This document shows, in pieces, positions 61,792 to 64,000 of a stretch of 64,000 bases of DNA. The first letter of the stretch is position 1. Every line of letters begins with the position of its first letter. The stretch is from Candidatus Omnitrophota bacterium (GTDB lineage Bacteria > Omnitrophota > Gorgyraeia > 1-14-0-20-64-10), in contig JACQCH010000007.1 of assembly GCA_016201735.1 (NCBI GenBank), positions 17,900 through 81,899 on the forward strand. The letters are read 5' to 3'. The translations under genes were made by a program, and so were the position numbers. The notes under the pieces were generated by a model that saw only the letters and a list, made by a program, of their open reading frames with translations, was not told the origin of the DNA and did no database searches.

Positions 61792-63515
61792 ACCCCACGG
61801 ACACGCCCCCATCATTTTTACGGCGCCGCCTCTTTTCCACCAACCACAAGGTGATTGCCGTCCTGTACCTCTTGACCGGGATCTTCTGGCTTGCCTTTGG
61901 GGGCCTGATGACGCTTCTCATCCGCTGGCAATTGGCTTACCCTTGGCAGCCGATCCCACTGATCGGCAGATTCCTGTTTCCTGAGTCGGGAGGAGCGGTC
62001 ACTCCGGAGGCGTATCCGATGCTCTTCACCATGCACGGGGGGATCATGGTCTTCTTTGCCATCACCCCGATCCTTTTGGGGGCGTTGGGCAACTACACGA
62101 TTCCTTTGGAGGTGGGCGCCCGGGACATGGCGTTCCCACGCTTAAACATGCTCTCGTACTGGTTCCTGGTTGTGGGAAGCTTGATCCTCCTTGTCTCGTT
62201 CTTCGTTCCCGGAGGCGCGGCCGGCTTTGGCTGGACGATCTACGCGCCCCTTTCCTCCAGTACTGAGGTGACGCCCGGCTGGGGGCAGGACCTGTTTATC
62301 CTGGGGCTGGCTCTGGATGCTGTCTCGATCCTGATGGGAGGGATCAACTACATCACAACGATCCTGAAGCTTCGAGCCCCGGGTTTGAGCTTAAGGCGGC
62401 TTCCCTTGACTCAGTGGGGGCTTTTCTTTAGCGCCGTCTTGAACACCCTCTGGCTTCCCATTGTGGCGGCGGCCCTCTTTATGGTTCTTTGCGACCGGCG
62501 GTTGGGAACCGCTTTTTTCGTGGCCGGCCCTCTGGCCCCACGGGCAGGGGGGCAAGTTCTTTTGTTCCAGCATCTCTTCTGGGGATTTGGGCATCCGGAG
62601 GTATACATCCTGATTCTGCCGGTCTGGGGATTGGTCGGAGATCTGCTTTCCGTCTTCTCCAGAAAGCCGGCGTTTGGCTACAAGGCCACGGTCCTTTCCA
62701 TGCTGACGATCACGATTTTAAGTGGGGTCGTCTGGGGACACCATATGTTCACCAGCGGGATGAATCCCCTGGTGGGAAAGGCCTTCATGTTTCTGACGAT
62801 TGCCGTGAGCGTCCCAACGGCGATCTTCTTTTTCAATTGGCTGGCGACCCTCTGGAGAGGGTCCATCCGCCTGACGGTGCCGTTGCTCTTTGCACTGGGT
62901 ATCGTCTATGTGTTTGCCGTTGGCGGGTTGACCGGCCTGTTCCTGGCGCTGCAGACTTTTGATGTCTATGTCCACGACACCTATTTTGTGGTCGGCCACT
63001 TCCATTACACCTTGGCAGCCAGCGTCCTTTTCGGAGCGTTCGCATTCATCTATACCTGGTTTCCAAAGATCTTCGGCCGGCAGATGGACGAACAGATGGG
63101 GCGGTTGCACTTTTGGTTGAGCTTCGTATTGCTGAACATGGTTTTTTCCGTGATGATGTTCGTCGGCCTGCACGGCCACATGCGGCGGATTGCGGATGCG
63201 ACGGCGTATGAGTTCCTTAAACCCATTCAGCCGCTTAACGTGTTCTTGGGGTGGGCAGTTCTCGGCCTGGTTGCGTCACAGATCCTGTTCTTCTACAACT
63301 TCTTTCATTCGCTGAAGGGAGGGAAACCAGCCCCTGCCAATCCCTGGGAGGCGGGAAGCTTGGCTTGGACAGTTTCTTCACCACCGCCGTGGCACAACTA
63401 CGAAGTGATCCCGCAGGTCTGGTGCGGACCGCACGAGTACGGGGCGCCGGGCTTAACCGATCGAGATTGGATTTCACAGGCCGATCCCCGGGCCAAAACG
63501 TTAGGGGAAAGTTGA
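61764..63515 (+). CDS. coxA: Cytochrome c oxidase subunit I
   Basis: 583 aa, 12 TM helices, conserved His ligands (WFFGHPEVYILILP…). Confidence 0.9.
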   Translation: MGLGLEGKMNPTDTPPSFLRRRLFSTNHKVIAVLYLLTGIFWLAFGGLMTLLIRWQLAYPWQPIPLIGRFLFPESGGAVTPEAYPMLFTMHGGIMVFFAITPILLGALGNYTIPLEVGARDMAFPRLNMLSYWFLVVGSLILLVSFFVPGGAAGFGWTIYAPLSSSTEVTPGWGQDLFILGLALDAVSILMGGINYITTILKLRAPGLSLRRLPLTQWGLFFSAVLNTLWLPIVAAALFMVLCDRRLGTAFFVAGPLAPRAGGQVLLFQHLFWGFGHPEVYILILPVWGLVGDLLSVFSRKPAFGYKATVLSMLTITILSGVVWGHHMFTSGMNPLVGKAFMFLTIAVSVPTAIFFFNWLATLWRGSIRLTVPLLFALGIVYVFAVGGLTGLFLALQTFDVYVHDTYFVVGHFHYTLAASVLFGAFAFIYTWFPKIFGRQMDEQMGRLHFWLSFVLLNMVFSVMMFVGLHGHMRRIADATAYEFLKPIQPLNVFLGWAVLGLVASQILFFYNFFHSLKGGKPAPANPWEAGSLAWTVSSPPPWHNYEVIPQVWCGPHEYGAPGLTDRDWISQADPRAKTLGES

Positions 63516-64000
63516 AGGAAAACTTGAACGTAACGGTTGAAGGGCCCCTTCCTGAAATCCCATTAGGGAAGTTGGGGATGTGGGTCTTCATCGTCTCGGA
63601 GATCATGTTCTTCACCGGCTTGATCGGCAGCTACATCGTTTTGCGGCTCGGTAGCGCCGGTTGGCCGCGCCCAGGGGAGGTCCTCAATACCGCCCTCCTG
63701 GGAATCAACACCGTGGTCCTGATCACCTCCAGTTTGACTATGGCGCTAGCCTTAAATGCCGCCGAAGCAGATCGGCCGCGGGCTTCAGGGAAATTCCTCC
63801 TGGCGACGGCCCTGTTGGGCTGCACGTTTCTGGCGATCAAGATTTATGACTACGCCCACATGGTGCATCAGGGTTTTACGATCTCCTCCAGCCTCTTTGG
63901 CTCCTGCTACTACCTGCTGACTGGATTCCATGCGTTGCACGTCCTTTCGGGGGTTATCGTCGTGCTGTATCTTCTGGCGGCTTCCCGCGTCGCCCTTTCC
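63512..64000 (+). CDS. coxC: Cytochrome c oxidase subunit III (runs off the right edge)
   Basis: …LGKLGMWVFIVSEIMFFTGLIGSYIVLRLG… typical subunit-III start; TTG 63512 or ATG 63578 start. Confidence 0.75.
   Translation, partial: MKENLNVTVEGPLPEIPLGKLGMWVFIVSEIMFFTGLIGSYIVLRLGSAGWPRPGEVLNTALLGINTVVLITSSLTMALALNAAEADRPRASGKFLLATALLGCTFLAIKIYDYAHMVHQGFTISSSLFGSCYYLLTGFHALHVLSGVIVVLYLLAASRVALS

Overview
The window is chromosomal, GC-rich bacterial DNA from the replication-origin neighbourhood: dnaN (runs off the left edge), dnaA, rpmH-rnpA-yidD-yidC-jag(N)-parA-parB. Downstream are ndk, yicC-gmk-rpoZ-coaC-coaB, a tRNA-Cys/Leu/Val cluster, a low-GC islet (vapBC, one hypothetical, gene remnants and a diverged duplicate of the thrS 5' end), thrS-infC-rpmI-rplT-pheS-pheT, rarA, and a sulfur-assimilation plus siroheme/heme cluster (cysH, sat, ABC ATPase, JAMM/Mec+-like, hemC, cobA-hemD, hemB, sulfite reductase, hemL, cysK, Rrf2 regulator). 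After that come secreted and outer-membrane proteins, MTHFS, ymdB-like, radC, xseAB, gltX, a free-standing LAGLIDADG endonuclease-like gene and tRNA-Gln. About 6 kb after tRNA-Gln looks like an integrated satellite-like island (large serine recombinase, terL-like, terS-like, DnaB-N/P-loop replication protein, MerR-like). The rest is a Crp/PAS-GGDEF/Crp regulatory block, an NrfC/NrfD-type FeS-membrane module with c-type cytochromes, porin, tatA/tatC, and aa3-type cytochrome oxidase coxB-coxA-coxC (runs off the right edge). The most unusual things seen directly in the sequence: (1) a ~140-200 bp repeat with perfect ~19-bp terminal inverted repeats, present three times, whose right terminus (GGAGGGGCGGGGTGA) provides a Shine-Dalgarno-like GGAGG and the GTG start codon of rpmH, yidC and ndk; (2) a bipartite REP-like palindromic element inserted in-frame inside hemB and forming the last ~20 codons and stop of the JAMM gene; (3) the tRNA-Gln-associated island; (4) a candidate 6S-like sRNA between pheT and rarA; (5) two parS sites (one inside the yidC coding sequence). 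All calls come from reading the sequence and the supplied ORF translations; no database search was possible.
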